NCBI RefSeq assembly: GCF_963921235.1
Contig: NC_086098.1
Coordinates: 4,712,001-4,776,000, forward strand
Source of the DNA: Mobula hypostoma
Lineage: Eukaryota
DNA: 64,000 bases
Reading direction: 5' to 3'
Shown here: positions 1 to 12,966 of the stretch, one piece after another
Layout: each line of letters opens with the position of its first letter
How positions within the stretch are numbered: position 1 is the stretch's first letter
Position numbers and translations under genes: made by a program
The notes under the pieces: model-generated
Database searches by the model: none
What the model was told of the DNA's origin: nothing
What the model saw: only the letters and a program-made list of their open reading frames with translations

Positions 1-115
1 AGGAAACCCACACTGTCACGGGAAGAACGTACAAACTTTCTTCCATAGGATGCTGGATTGAACTCCAAACTCTGAAGCCCTGAGCTGTAATAGGTCACTC
101 TATCTCCTCTGCTAC
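1..115 (-). mobile_element. tRNA-derived SINE remnant (HE1/V-SINE-like)
   Basis: aggaaacccacactgtcacgggaagaacgtacaaact is typical of the reverse strand of V-SINE-like elements. Similar copies lie at about 38130-38340 and 39105-39280. Confidence 0.55.
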
Positions 116-182
116 CCGACCTGTGGCTGTATAAGGTAGATGAGGATTATATAAGATTGAAACCATAGACTACAACAATAAC

Positions 183-320
183 AAACACAAAGGATTCTAT
201 AGATGCTGGAAGTCCAGAGTATCACACACAAAATGCTGGAGAAACTCAGCAGGTCAGGCAGCATTTATGGAAAGGAATAAACTACTGATGTTTTGGGTTG
301 AGACCCTTCATCACGACTGG
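183..320 (-). repeat. Penelope-like terminal-repeat fragment with degenerate minimal hammerhead
   Basis: Same family as 51162-51262. The minus strand reads ccagtc-GTGATGA-agggtctcaaccc-AAAAC-atc, so the core is mutated. Confidence 0.55.
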
Positions 321-339
321 AAAGGGAGAAGAAGCCACA

Positions 340-1215
340 CAATGATAGATTAATGCAATAAGGCATTTAAGAGACACCTGGTGAGGCAAGTGAATACAAG
401 GACAATGGAGGGTCATGAGCTGTGTAGGAGGGAAGGGTTAGGTGATCATTGAATCGGTTTATATAGGCTAAAGGGACCATACTGTGCTGTACTGTCCTAG
501 GAAACAGTAAAACAGACTGACGTTCTGAACGGTAAAATAGATTGATAATGTTACAAAGGTTATTTGTAATGATGAAGAGTTAACAACGAAGACAGACAGT
601 GGGAAGAATCGATTTAAAAATGAATTTGGAGCTAGTGCTGAAGGCTTGATTGGGCTGCAGAGCCCTTTCTGTGCTGTAATTGTTAGTCATGCTTCTGATG
701 CTCCGGAGTTTGACCAAATGAAAAATCACTTTGGAACCATTAGGTCTGAAGGGGTTTGATAGTATTGACTCTGGGGCATTTCCTTTGGAGAGTTTAGAAC
801 CAAGGAGTTGACTCAGACACAAGGTGAGATACTTAACAATGGAATTTCTACACTCGCTGTTGAAGTTCTGGAATTATCACCCTCAAGGGGTCAATTGATG
901 AGTACATTCAAAGCCCAAAAACTGTTGGAAAAGTTCGGCAGGTCGGGCAGCACCTGATGATGTTTTGGGCCAACACTCTTCATCTGGACTCATCCCGTTT
1001 GGATGAAGAGTCTCGATCTGACACCTCATTTTCCTTTACGGAAGCTGCCCAACTCTGCAGTCCTGCTAGCAGTTTGTAGCTTTTCTTGCTGTAGATTTCA
1101 ACTTCAACAGTCCTTTGTGTTTCCGGATCTCGGGGTCAGATTGTTTTGGTTATCGGTTTACAATTAAAAGTGGGGAAAGAGAGAATTGGGCAGTTGAAGT
1201 GGAAGACCTGTTGAT
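340..1215 (+). mobile_element. Old CR1 3' fragments, interrupted by a fold-back Penelope-like repeat at about 915-1120
   Basis: Degenerate CR1 3'-end phrases such as aggcatttaagagacacctgg and gttctggaattatcacc. Inverted arms flank ctcttcatc...gatgaagag. Confidence 0.45.
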
Positions 1216-1680
1216 TGATTCAAAGATTTGAAGTACATTTATAATCAAAGTATGTATTCAATATCCAACCCTGAGATTTGTCTTCCCACAGACAGTCATG
1301 AGACAGAGAAAACCATGGAACCCGTGTAAAGAAAACATCAAACCTCCAACACGCAAAAAAAGAACAAACCATGCTAATGGCAAATTAAAAAATGAGTGTT
1401 CTCTTTCAATATTTTTATTAGTTTCTACATAGAAGGATACAGAGTACAAGAAGATATGTATTCTAAGTCAAAAGAAAAAAATGAAATAGGACCAAATACA
1501 TTGTATTAAAAATAGTTACAATCACAAAACCCTGTATTCATAAAAATTAAATTAAATCATAATTTTGAAATATAATAAATTTTATAAAATCTAAACCCAC
1601 TACCAAAGTCAGAGCTGTTAGGAAAAGCAAGAAAAAAGGGGAAAAAACCCTTATCATAAAATAAAGATGAAAAGTATATG

Positions 1681-1785
1681 AATAAAGTAGATGATCTGAA
1701 CACACTGATGAGGGAGAGGGAGAAGTGGAGAGTCCGTCATCATGCCTGACGCCGGCCCCCAAGGCCTGAGTTGACGTAATAGTAA
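1681..1785 (+). mobile_element. RTE/RTE-X-type LINE extreme 3' fragment
   Basis: Frame NKVDDLNTLMREREKWRVRHHA resembles the RTE C-terminal M..R..WR motif and ends in a taatagtaa tail. It sits inside the L1 3' region. Confidence 0.5.
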
Positions 1786-4294
1786 TATATAATAAAATAT
1801 ATCATTAGCCACCATCTGTACTTTTAAAACAAATCAAAGGTTTTGAAAATAACTCAAAAATGGTGCCCACAATGTATAAAAGTCTTAGCTAGACTCAAAA
1901 ACTGAACAACGGATCTTCTATAGATTTAAGCGTGACATAACATCACGTAACCATTGAGCGTGAGTAGGCGGAACTGCATCCTTCCATTTAAGCAAGAGCG
2001 CCCTCCTAGCTATGAGAGAGATGAAAGTCAAAATATGGAAATCAGGTGTCTCCAAAGTAAAGTCTTTTCCTCCAACAATACCAAATAATGCAGTCAAAGC
2101 GTTAGGCTTAAAATTTACCTTGAAAAGTACCGAGAAAGTTTGGAATACTTCCTTCCAGTATCTTTCAAGGCTCGGACAAGTCCAAAATGTGAATTAATGA
2201 AGCTTCTCCATTATTACATCTATCACAGAAAGGAGATGCATCCAAATAAAAACGAGATAGTTTATCTTTAGACATGTGAGCCCTATGAATCACTTTAAAT
2301 TGTCAGAGGGAATGACGGGCACATAATGATGAAGTGTTAACCAATTTAAAAATTTCATTCCAAGTTTCCTCAGAGATTAAAATCTGTAAATCTTGTTCCC
2401 AAAGATTTTTAATTTTGTCTATAGGAGCATTTCTCATTCCTAGCAACATCCATAAATATTGGATATTGAACCATTATAAAAAAGTTTCAAATTAAAGATT
2501 ACATCTAATAAATCCTTTTCGGAACTTACAGGAAATGTATATAATTGAGAACGCAGAAAGACTCTAATTTGTAAATAACGAGAAAAGTGAGTTTTGGGTA
2601 AACTGTATTTAGCTGACATTTGCTCAAACGAAAGAAGACCTCCTCCAGCAAACAAATCCTGGAAGCATTTATTATCCAATCTATCCCATTCTTTAAAAAC
2701 TGAATCTGTCATCGAAGGTTTAAAAAATATTTAGAACACATGGGACTAGACAAAGAAAATCTCAATAGACCACAGAATTTCCTAAATTGTACCCATATCC
2801 TTAAAGTATGTTTAACTACCAAATTTTCAGTTAGTTTACCAAAGAATAAAGGGAGTGAGAATCCGAGAAGAGAAATAATAGAAAATTTATTAACAGATTT
2901 AGCTTCTAAAGAAACCCATATCAGACAGTCCTTACGGTTAATATAATATGTTCAAAACGTAAGATTTCGTATATTGACTGCTGAATAATAAAACCTAAAA
3001 TTTGGTAAAGCTAAACCTCCATTCTTCTTAGATTTTTGAAGAGGAACTTTATTTAGTCGAGAATGTTTGTTCTTCCATATATTAGAAGATGTAATAGAAT
3101 CGAGAGAATCAAAAAAAGATTTAGGAATAAAAACGGGTAATGCCTGAAAAAGGTATATAAATTTAGGTAAAATGTTCATTGTAATAGAGTTGATTCGGCC
3201 AATCAAGGATAATGAAAAAATGCAACCAGTTTGATAGTGTCCTTTTTTCAAAATTAGGTAAGGTAAAAAATTTTTCATTAAATAGGTACTTATAATTCTT
3301 GGTAATTGTTACGCCCAGATAGGTAAATTGATGTCTTACAATTTTAAAAGGAAGGTTAGTATTGATTGATAACAAATTATTCAGAGGAAAAAGTTCACTC
3401 TCACGTAAGTTCAGTTTGTATCCTGAAAACGGGCTAAAACAAGAAAGTAGAGAAAGCACAGGAGGTAATAAAGTCTCGACATTAGAAATAAAAAGTGATA
3501 GGTCGTCAGCATAAAGTGAAACTTTATGAACAGTCCCTCTCTTTAGAATACCAGTAATATCATTAGATTCTCGAACAACAATGGCTAAGGGTTCTAAAGC
3601 CAAATCAAAGAGCAAAGGGCTCAGGGGACAACCTTGTCGAGTTCCACGTTGAAGTTTAAATGGTTTGGAATACTGAAAATTAGTAAGGACCCTAGCAGAA
3701 GGAGATAGATAAAGTAATTTAATCCATTGAATAAAATTGGGCCCAAAATTACATTTTTCTAAAGTTTTAAATAAATAATTCCATTCAACCTGATCAGAAA
3801 CTTTCTCAGAGTCTAAAGAAATCACACATTCTGATATTTCCTTAGAAGGAGAATAAATAATGTTTAATAAACGACAAATATTAAAGTGGGAATATCAATT
3901 TTTAGTAAATCCCGTCTGATCATCAGAAATAATAGATGGTAAAATATTTTCAATTCTACGGGCCAGAACTTTAGATAAGATTCTGGTATCAACATTAAGT
4001 AAAGAGATTGGTCTGTATGAAGAGCATTCGGTTGGGTTCTTATTCTTTTTAAGAATAAGCGAAATAGAATCTGTAATCGGAGCATACAGATTGGCAAATA
4101 CCATTAACTTATTATCTAATTTTCCTGACACTATGACAAAATGCCCATTAGCATCAGACACTACTTTATGTTGGACCAAGGGAACTGTATTATCCAAAAA
4201 AATTGGAACTCCTTTAGACTTAGCCTGGAAAGAGGAGTTAAAATGTGGTCTTTTCCATCTACTGAAAAGACGTAAGTTGTCACAATTATGTATA

Positions 4295-5900
4295 CAGGTG
4301 TCCCCCACTTTTTGAACGTTCGCTTTACGAAACCTCACTGTTACGAAAGACCTACATTATTTCCCTGTTTTCGCTAACAGAAGGTGTTTTCATTGTTATG
4401 AAGAAACGCAGCGTACAAAAAAAAAGCAGCGCACGATAAAAATCTGCGCGCGCCCCGAGCAGCTGCTCCTCCCCTGGATTCAGAATGGCATTCTCGCCGG
4501 TATTGCTTAAACACGTGCTGTGAGCAGCCGTTAGCAAGATGAGTTCTAAGGTATCGGAAAAACCTAAAAGAGCTCGTTAGGGTGTTTCACTCAATGTAAA
4601 ACTAGACATAATTAAGCGTTTCGATTGTGGTGAACGAAGTAAGGACAAAGTGAGTTTGGCTTGTGGAAGTTGACAAAGATGATGTTGAAGAGGTTTTGGC
4701 ATCCCATGACCAAGAACTGATCGATGAAGAGCTGATGCAATTGGAAGAGGAAAGGATAACAATCGAAACCGAATTCAGTAGCGAAAGTGAAGTCGTCCAG
4801 GAACTGAATGTGAGGCAACTACGTGAGATTTTCGCTGCAATGATAAAGTACGACTTTAATTTTGAAAGGGTACGTAGTTTCAGGGCATATTTGCACGAAG
4901 GTTTGAGTGCTTAAAAAGAACTGTATGATAGAAAAATGCATGAGGCTAAGTTGTCAAGCAAGCCTTCAGCAGATGACAAACCTTGAGGCAAGCAGTCATA
5001 GGAGAAGATGACCTGCCTACCCTCATGGAAACAGATGACGATGAGATGACATCCTGGTGTCCCACCACCCCGAGCCCCAGGCCGCGGACAGATACCGATT
5101 CGCGGAGAATGCAGCAGTAGCCAGGAGGCACACAGCACATGTTTAAGAAAAAAGCCAAAATAAACAAGCTAATTAATTAGGTGCCGCCCGGCACGTAAAT
5201 TTCGGCCCAGATCAGAGACGATTGCCGATTGCGTCGCCTCTGATCTGGGCTGACATTTACGTGCTGTGCGGCACCTAATTAATTAGCATGTTTATTTCGG
5301 CTTTTTTCTTAAAGATGTGCTGGGTGCGTCCCGGCTACCACTGTACCCCTGCATGCTTCGCGGATCGGTATCGGTCGGTGGCCCGGAGGGTGGGGGCCAC
5401 TGCACCACCCCGACCTCCGATGACGCAGTCTAACACGCCATCATCAGTGTGCTCGGCGCTGTCCGAATTCTGGTAAGTGATACTACACTGTACATACATT
5501 ATTTCTACTTTATATCGGCTGTGTATTTTTACATGTTATTTGGTATGATTTAGCAGCTTCATAGCTTAAAGGTTACTGGACAGACTGTTTCTGCCAACAG
5601 CACTTGCGTGAGATTTTCTGCCAAGAGCGCTTACGTGAGATTTTCGCTCCGGAGAACAGTGCCGGCAATGAATGTGGAAAAGTATTTCTACTTTCTTGTT
5701 TATACTTTTTACTATATGTTACTGTTATTTTAGGTTTTAAGTGTGATTTGGCATGATTTGGTAGGTTATTTTTGGGTCTGCGAACACTCACAAAATTTTC
5801 CCAAACAAATAGATGGTAATTGCTTCTTCACTTTACAACATCCCGGCTTACGAACCGTTTCATAGGAACACTCTACCTTCGGATGGCGGGGGAAAATCTG
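4295..5900 (+). mobile_element. Internally deleted Tigger/pogo-like DNA transposon
   Basis: TA on both sides and imperfect TIRs (caggtgtccccc / gggggaaaatctg). CENP-B-like N-terminus SLNVKLDIIKRFDCGE near 4585 is fused to the Tigger C-terminus DDVEEVLASHDQELIDEELMQLEEE. Removing the element restores L1 endonuclease FLQETH-IHNCD. Confidence 0.8.
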
Positions 5901-8900
5901 TATGTGTTTCTTGTAAAAATAATTGGGGCCTTAAGTTTTTTTAATATAGGCAAAAATCCTATTCCGCTTCACAGAGTGATTTAATCCTTTCACGTTAAGT
6001 TAATAGTATGACCCATTATTAATACTATTTAATAGAGAAATTAAAGTAATAACCAGTAAAATGAATATTAAATCCAAACAATAAGCCTTGAAATAGAATA
6101 ACCAAGCAACAGATTTGGCCAACATCCCAAAACAGCTCCCAGAATAAGACATCACCCTCCACTCCCCACCAAAGTCAGAAGGCCAGCCAAAAGAAAGCTG
6201 GCAGCTACAGCTAATGACATCACCCTTCTAAAACAACCTGTTGATTTGACTCCTAATTAATTCGAAGGTCAACTGTATTCTAGACTAGACTAAATAACGG
6301 CCAAAAAAAACTTAACCCTCATAACAGGAACACAAATAGATTAATTATTACCGTTTCAAAACAATAGAATGAAAAATACCCAAACTAAGCCACATTGATC
6401 AAAAAAACCTCGAGAAAAGCGTATGAAATAATAAAAAAACTTATCAAAATTCTTAACATATAAAATCACAAGGAAGTTTCGCTGCAAAGGTTCACCAAAA
6501 GTAAGAGAAGCAATTATTCACATAGCAAGATACTAAACAGTCAATCCATTGTTTTAAGAAATCCCGGGCTTCTTCTCTTGAATGAAACCATTCTTTAGAA
6601 CCATCTTGCAGAGTGATTCTAAGACGAGCAGGATAACAAAGAGATGGCAGTTTAAACCTTTGTTTAAAAAGTTCTGACATAACCTTTTTGAATTTAGCAT
6701 GCTCAGGGATTCTCCAGATGGCGCTCACGCAGTGAGGTCACTTCTCGGCTTCGCTCCATTACCATTTCACTTTATATCTATGATCACCTTTATTTAATTT
6801 ACTTTTAAGTTTGGATTTTGAACTTTGAAGAGATGAGTAAAGAATGAGCTACAAGACCTAAAATTCGAGACATTAAACCTGCAAAAGATGCCAATGGTAC
6901 AGAAAAAAGAAGCCTGATCCTAAACATCCTGAGATAACTCACGAATTGTTGATGAATTTGTTTTGTGATCAAACTGAGGAAATACGCCAAGGTGTTAAAG
7001 AAGATATTACCGCAATTATGCAAGCTTATGGTGTGTTGACCACCAAGTTCAACAGCAACAAAATACTATCACCGAACCGAAGGAAGATGCATGAAAGAAA
7101 GATGAAAAAAACGTGAGTTTGGAACAAAAAGTTTCTTCGACAGATAAACAATGAAGTCTTAAACTTAAGATTACTGACCTGGAAAACTGATCCAGAAGAA
7201 AGAACTTACATTTAATTGGTCTCCCCGAGGGTGTTAAGACAGGAGACACTTCAGTATTGTTCTCTGAACTTTTAAGACTGTGTTTAGCTCTGAATTTCCG
7301 GATGATCCTCCATTGCTCGATTGCGCACATCGTATTTTTCGGAATAAATCAGATTCTCAATCTAAACCGAGACCAGTAATCATCCGATTTCATTATGCTC
7401 ATGTTAAAGAGCAACTCATATGAGTAGCCCAGCAGCAGGGAATGATTTTAAATTTGAAAACCATCAATTCCGACTGTATGAGGACTTTAGCCCTGAATTA
7501 ATGAGAGTGCGATTGACTTTCAAACCTCTGATGATGGAATGCTACCAAAAAGATCTTAAACCGGTGTTACTGTATCCTGCCCGCTTAAGAATTTCTCCTC
7601 CGAACAGCCAGAGACTTTTTTAAAACTCTACAAGTGCAGCTCGAAGCTCTCTGGAAGAACTTGAATCAGCCGCCACGGTTTAACTAATATATGATCCTTG
7701 CGATATTGGCTTTGGCTTTTCGATTTTTTTTCAAATTCTATTAATCATACGATTCATTTTTGAAGATTGACTTTTATAAGTATAAGACTTCTAGTTTTGA
7801 TCGGTAGTGTTGGTATTCTTTATACTTAATTTTACCGTTGTTATCGGTTATTTTCTATTTTTTTTAATAATGTACGTGGGGGAATATTATGTTTTTTCTC
7901 CCTGTGGCATAAACATGATGGCATTTTGTCTTCTTCTTTCCATTATACCTTTTTTTTTACTGAGCCATCTTTTTGGGTTCTTCTCCCCAGAATACTTTTC
8001 TTGCCGGATACGCCTTTTTTTACACTTATCTGTTCTCTCTTACAAATATTTTACATTGAATAAATGTACTGGTATCTCTTCTTTTCTCTTTATTTTATGA
8101 GCATGTTAGTGATTATAATACTAAGTTATTTTATTTTACTGTATTTGTTAAGTTTATTGTTTTTTTTTGCTGTTATAGTGTGGTTTTTTTTTAGGTGGTC
8201 TTTTTACCAACATATATTTGAGAGCTGCCTTCTGGAGAAATGGGGGTAGATTTAGTCTTAGTTAGCTTTCTAGCCTTTCTTGGCTTAGTTTTAGGGTTCT
8301 TGGGTGATGGGTGGGGGGGCTTTTTCTTTTTTTTCGTTGGGCTAATTCTGAACTACAACAATGTCTGCTTTGTCGCAACTTCCATCTCCTTTCCAAATGC
8401 TGGTTCCGGTTACACAGGTTTGTACTCTTATTAACCCTTTATATACCAAAAGATTGATTCAGGGTTAACATGGCTCAGAGGATCAATTTTGTTTCTTGGA
8501 ATACAAATGGACCATCCGATTAAAAGAAAAAGGATTTTTAAAGTATTCCACAGAATGAATGCCCATTTTACGTTTGCCCAAGAAACTCATGTGAGGAAAG
8601 AGGATAATCAGCGTTTTTTTATGTTTTGGAAGGATAAATAGTATCACTCAAACTCCAAAACTAAAGCGAGAGGAGTTTCAATTTTCATAGATTCTTCAAT
8701 TGTATTTGTACATCACAACACCTTCTCTGACCCGAATGGTAGATTTTTGTTAATTACCGGTCTACTTTTTAATAAGAAAGTTGTTATGGTTAATGTTTAT
8801 GCCCCGAATGTGGACTACCCTGAATTTTTAAACGAGTATTTACCTCTTTTCCTAATTTAAGTGATTACATGTTGATAATGGGGGGTGACTTTAATTGCTG

Positions 8901-10624
8901 CTTAAATCCTTCGATGGATAAATCTGTACCAACTCAGGCACTACCGAATAAGTCGGCCACTCTTATCAATTTGTTTTTGATCGTTTCTGGAATCTCCGAG
9001 ATTTGGAGGTTTCTACATCCCAAGGATAAAGAATTTTCTTCCTTTTAACACGTACATCATACTTATTCTAGAATTGACTATATTTTATAGACTTTCGTTT
9101 AATTCCATCTGTAATTGAGTGTAACTATGATATCATTGCCATATCTGATCATGCACCATTGAATCTCTGTATTAAGTTATGGGATATACCTTCTAATACT
9201 AGACAATGGCGTTTCAATTCCAACTTACTTCAAGACTCAGATTTTGTAAAATTTATCAAGGATCAGATTGACTTCTTTTTTTTAACCAATACTACGGATG
9301 AAATTCCCAGTGGGGTTATATGGGACACTTTTAAAGCTTATATCTGTGGTCAGATCATTTCCTACTCGGCTGGTTTGAAAAAACACACTAAGAATGAAAT
9401 ACTGCTGTTGGTTGATGAGATTAAAGACATTGATAAACAATATGCCGTTGCTCCTAATGAGGAGCTTTACAAACAGAGAGTTGAACTTCAAATGGAGCAT
9501 AATTTACTCCTAACATCGTCAATGGAAAATCAATTAATGAAAACAAGAAGTGAGTTTTATATACATAGTCATAAATCTGGTAAGTTATTAGCCAATCAAT
9601 TAAAAACAGCCTTGGTTAAACGTCAAATTACTAAGATTCGTAAACCTAATGATATTTCAACAGTTGATCATGATGAGATTAATAAATCTTTTCAAGAATT
9701 TTATACATCTTTATATCAGTCAGAATTTCCTCATGATCCTAGGGAGATGCAAGATTTTTTAAGGAATTTGAACTTTCCAAAATTAACACCCGAAGAACGT
9801 TTAAAGTTAGAAACACCTATTATGGATGAAGAAATAATGGGTGCTATTTCTTCAATGAATTCTGGTAAATCACCCAGCCCAGATGGCTATACAGCAAAAT
9901 TTTAAAAGTTTTTTCTCTTCTATTCTTTCTCCCCAGTTGTGCAGAGTTTTTAGAGTTGCAATTATTATAGGTAAATTACCACAATCATTTTATGGAGCTT
10001 CCATTTCCTTAATTTCAAAAAAAATAAGGATCCTACTGAATGTGCATCATATAGACGGATATCTTTATTGAATGTTGATTCCAAAATTTTTTCTAAAATA
10101 CTAGCATCTAGGTTAGAAAAGGTATTACCTCAAATTATTTCCGCAGATCAAACTGGATTTATTAAAAATCGCTACTTATCTTTTAATATTAGGAGATTAA
10201 CAAATATTATTTATACTCCTTCACTGAGAACTCCAGAATGTGTTATTTCATTAGATGCCGAGAAAGCATTTGACAGAGTTGAATGGCCATATTTATTTAC
10301 TGTGCTTGAGAAGTTTAACTTTAGCCCAATAATTATATCCTGGATTAAATTGATATATCATACTCCCTTAGCTTCAGTTTTGACTAATAATCAAAGATCC
10401 CCCTTTGTTCGATTATTTCGTGGCACTAGACAATGTTGTCCTTTAAGTTCCTCATTATTTGATATTGCTTTAGAACCCTTAGCAATTGGAATTCGAGATT
10501 CACCAAACATTTTTGGTATTACTTGTGGGAAAGAGATACATAAGTTATCATAATATGCAGATGATTTACTATTATATATTTCTGACCCAGAAAAATCCAT
10601 TCTTGCAACTTTATCCTTGTTGGA

Positions 10625-10781
10625 TCTGTGTGCATACATTTATTGATGCTTCTGGACACATCTTCAGTGATGTTCCTGGAATCATCGGGTGTTTCGGGTC
10701 TTTCAACATCATACAACCTCCTGCAGGTGACCCAGCCGGGGCTGATCAGACCCCAGCTTGTGTCCAGATGGCTAGCTACTT
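10625..10781 (-). mobile_element. Probable HERO-like LINE 3' terminal fragment
   Basis: Non-L1, non-CR1 insert with the same secondary-structure architecture as the 3' end of the RLE element at 21557-22294. Minus-strand aataaa lies just downstream. No coding sequence remains to confirm the family. Confidence 0.6.
10651..10768 (-). ncRNA. Candidate permuted hammerhead-like ribozyme with kink-turn (copy A)
   Basis: Minus strand: UCUGGACACA, agcugggg..ccccggcu, GGGUC, a, CCUGCA, GGA, GGUUGU, A, UGAUGUU, gaaa, GACCC, GAA, ACACCC, GAUGAU, UCCAGG, AACAUCA, CUGAAGA, UGUGUCCAGA. Pairings assigned by eye; activity untested. Confidence 0.55.
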
Positions 10782-12966
10782 ATAGAAACATAGAAACATA
10801 GAAAATAGGTGCAGGAGTAGGCCATTCGGCCCTTCGAGCCTGCACCGCCATTTATTATGATCATGGCTGATCATCCAACTCAGAACCCCGCCCCAGCCTT
10901 CCCTCCATACCCCCTGACCCCTGTAGCCACAAGGGCCATATCTAACTCCCTCTTAAACATAGCCAATGAACTGGCCTCAACAGTTTGCTGTGGCAGAGAA
11001 TTCCACAGATTCACCACTCTCTGTGTGAAGAAGTTTTTCCTAATCTCGGTCCTAAAAGGCTTTCCCTCTATCCTCAAACTGTGACCCCTCGTTCTGGACT
11101 TCCTCAACATCGGGAACAATCTTCCTGCATCTAGCCTGTCCAATCCCTTTAGGATCTTATACGTTTCAATCAGATCCCCCCTCAATCTTCTAAATTCCAT
11201 TGAGTACAAGCCCAGTTCATCCAGTCTTTCTTCATATGAAAGTCCTGCCATCCCAGGAATCAATCTGGTGAACCATCTTTGTACTCCCTCTATGGCAAAG
11301 ATGTCTTTCCTCAGATTAGGGGACCAAAACTGCACACAATACTCCAGGTGTGGTCTCACCAAGGCCTTGTACAACTGCAGTAGTACCTCCCTGCTCCTGT
11401 ACTCGAATCCTCTCGCTATAAATGCCAGCATACCATTCGCCTTTTTCACCGCCTGCTGTACCTGCATGCCCACTTTCAATGACTGGTGTATAATGACACC
11501 CAGGTCTCGTTGCACCTCCCCTTTTCCTAATCGGCCACCATTCAGATAATAATCTGTTTTCCTATTTTTGCCACCAAAGTGGATAACTTCACATTTATCC
11601 ACATTAAATTGCATCTGCCATGAGTTTGCCCACTCACCCAACCTATCCAAGTCACCCTGCATCCTCTTAGCATCCTCCTCACTGCTAACACTGCCACCCA
11701 GCTTTGTGTCATCCGCAAACTTGGAGATGCTGCATTTAATTCCCTCATCCAAGTCATTAATATATATTGTAAACAACTGGGGTCCCAGCACTGAGCCTTG
11801 CGGTACCCCACTAGTCACCGCCTGCCATTCTGAAAAGGTCCCGTTTATTCCCACTCTTTGCTTCCTGTCTGCTAACCAATTCTCCACCCACACCAATACC
11901 TTACCCCCAATACCGTGTGCTTTAAGTTTGCACACTAATCTCCTGTGTGGGACCTTGTCAAAAGCCTTTTGAAAATCCAAATATACCACATCCACTGGTT
12001 CTCCCCTATCCACTCTACTAGTTACATCCTCAAAAAATTCTATGAGATTCGTCAGACATGATTTTCCTTTCACAAATCCATGCTGACTTTGTCCGATCAT
12101 TTCTCCGCTTTCCAAATGTGCTGTTATCACATCCTTGATAACTGACTCCAGCAGTTTCCCCACCACCGACGTTAGGCAAACCGGTCTATAATTCCCCGGT
12201 TTCTCTCTCCCTCCTTTTTTAAAAATTGGGGTTACATTAGCCACCCTCCAATCCTCAGGAACTAGTCCAGAATCTAACGAGTTTTGAAAAATTATCACTA
12301 ATGCATCCACTATTTCTTGGGCTACTTCCTTAAGCACTCTAGGTTGCAGACCATCTGGCCCTGGGGATTTATCTGCCTTCAATCCCTTCAATTTACCTAA
12401 CACCACTTCCCTACTAACATGTATTTCACTCAGTTCCTCCATCTCACTGGACCCTCTGTCCCTTACTATTTCTGGAAGATTATTTATGTCCTCCTTAGTG
12501 AAGACAGAACCAAAGTAATTATTCAATTGGTCTGCCATGTCCTTGCTCCCCATAATCAATTCACCTGTTTCTGTCTGCAGGGGACCTACATTTGTCTTTA
12601 CCAGTCTTTTCCTTTTTACATATCTATAAAAGCTTTTACAGTCCGTTTTTATGTTCTCTGCCAGTTTTCTCTCATAATCTTTTTTCCCCTTCCTAATTAA
12701 GCCCTTTGTCCTCCTCTGCTGAACTCTGAATTTCTCCCAGTCCTCAGGTGAGCCACTTTCTCTGGCTAATTTGTATGCTACTTCTTTGGAATTGATACTA
12801 TATCCCTAATTTCTCTTGTCAGCCACGGGTGCACTACCTTCCTTGATTTATTCTTTTGCCAAACTGGGATGAACAATTGTTGTAGTTCATCCATGCAACC
12901 TTTAAATGCTTGCCATTGCATATCCACCGTCAATTCTTTAAGTGTCATTTGCCAGTCTATCTTAGC
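10782..12966 (-). mobile_element. Young 5'-truncated CR1 LINE with open RT ORF (10880-12559)
   Basis: 559-aa ORF with YLDFQKAFDKV, GVPQGSVLGP and FADD. (tttctatg)n-type 3' tail at 10782-10803. Confidence 0.95.

Noticed and set aside
1705..1711. Isolated CTGATGA
   Set aside because: No GAAA strand or supporting helices; it is coding sequence of the RTE-like fragment.
11268..11972. Antisense ORFs over CR1 RT regions (also 14687-15950, 23506-23796, 53209-53499, 58910-59200)
   Set aside because: These are shadow frames of repeated RT sequence and recur only because the element is repeated.
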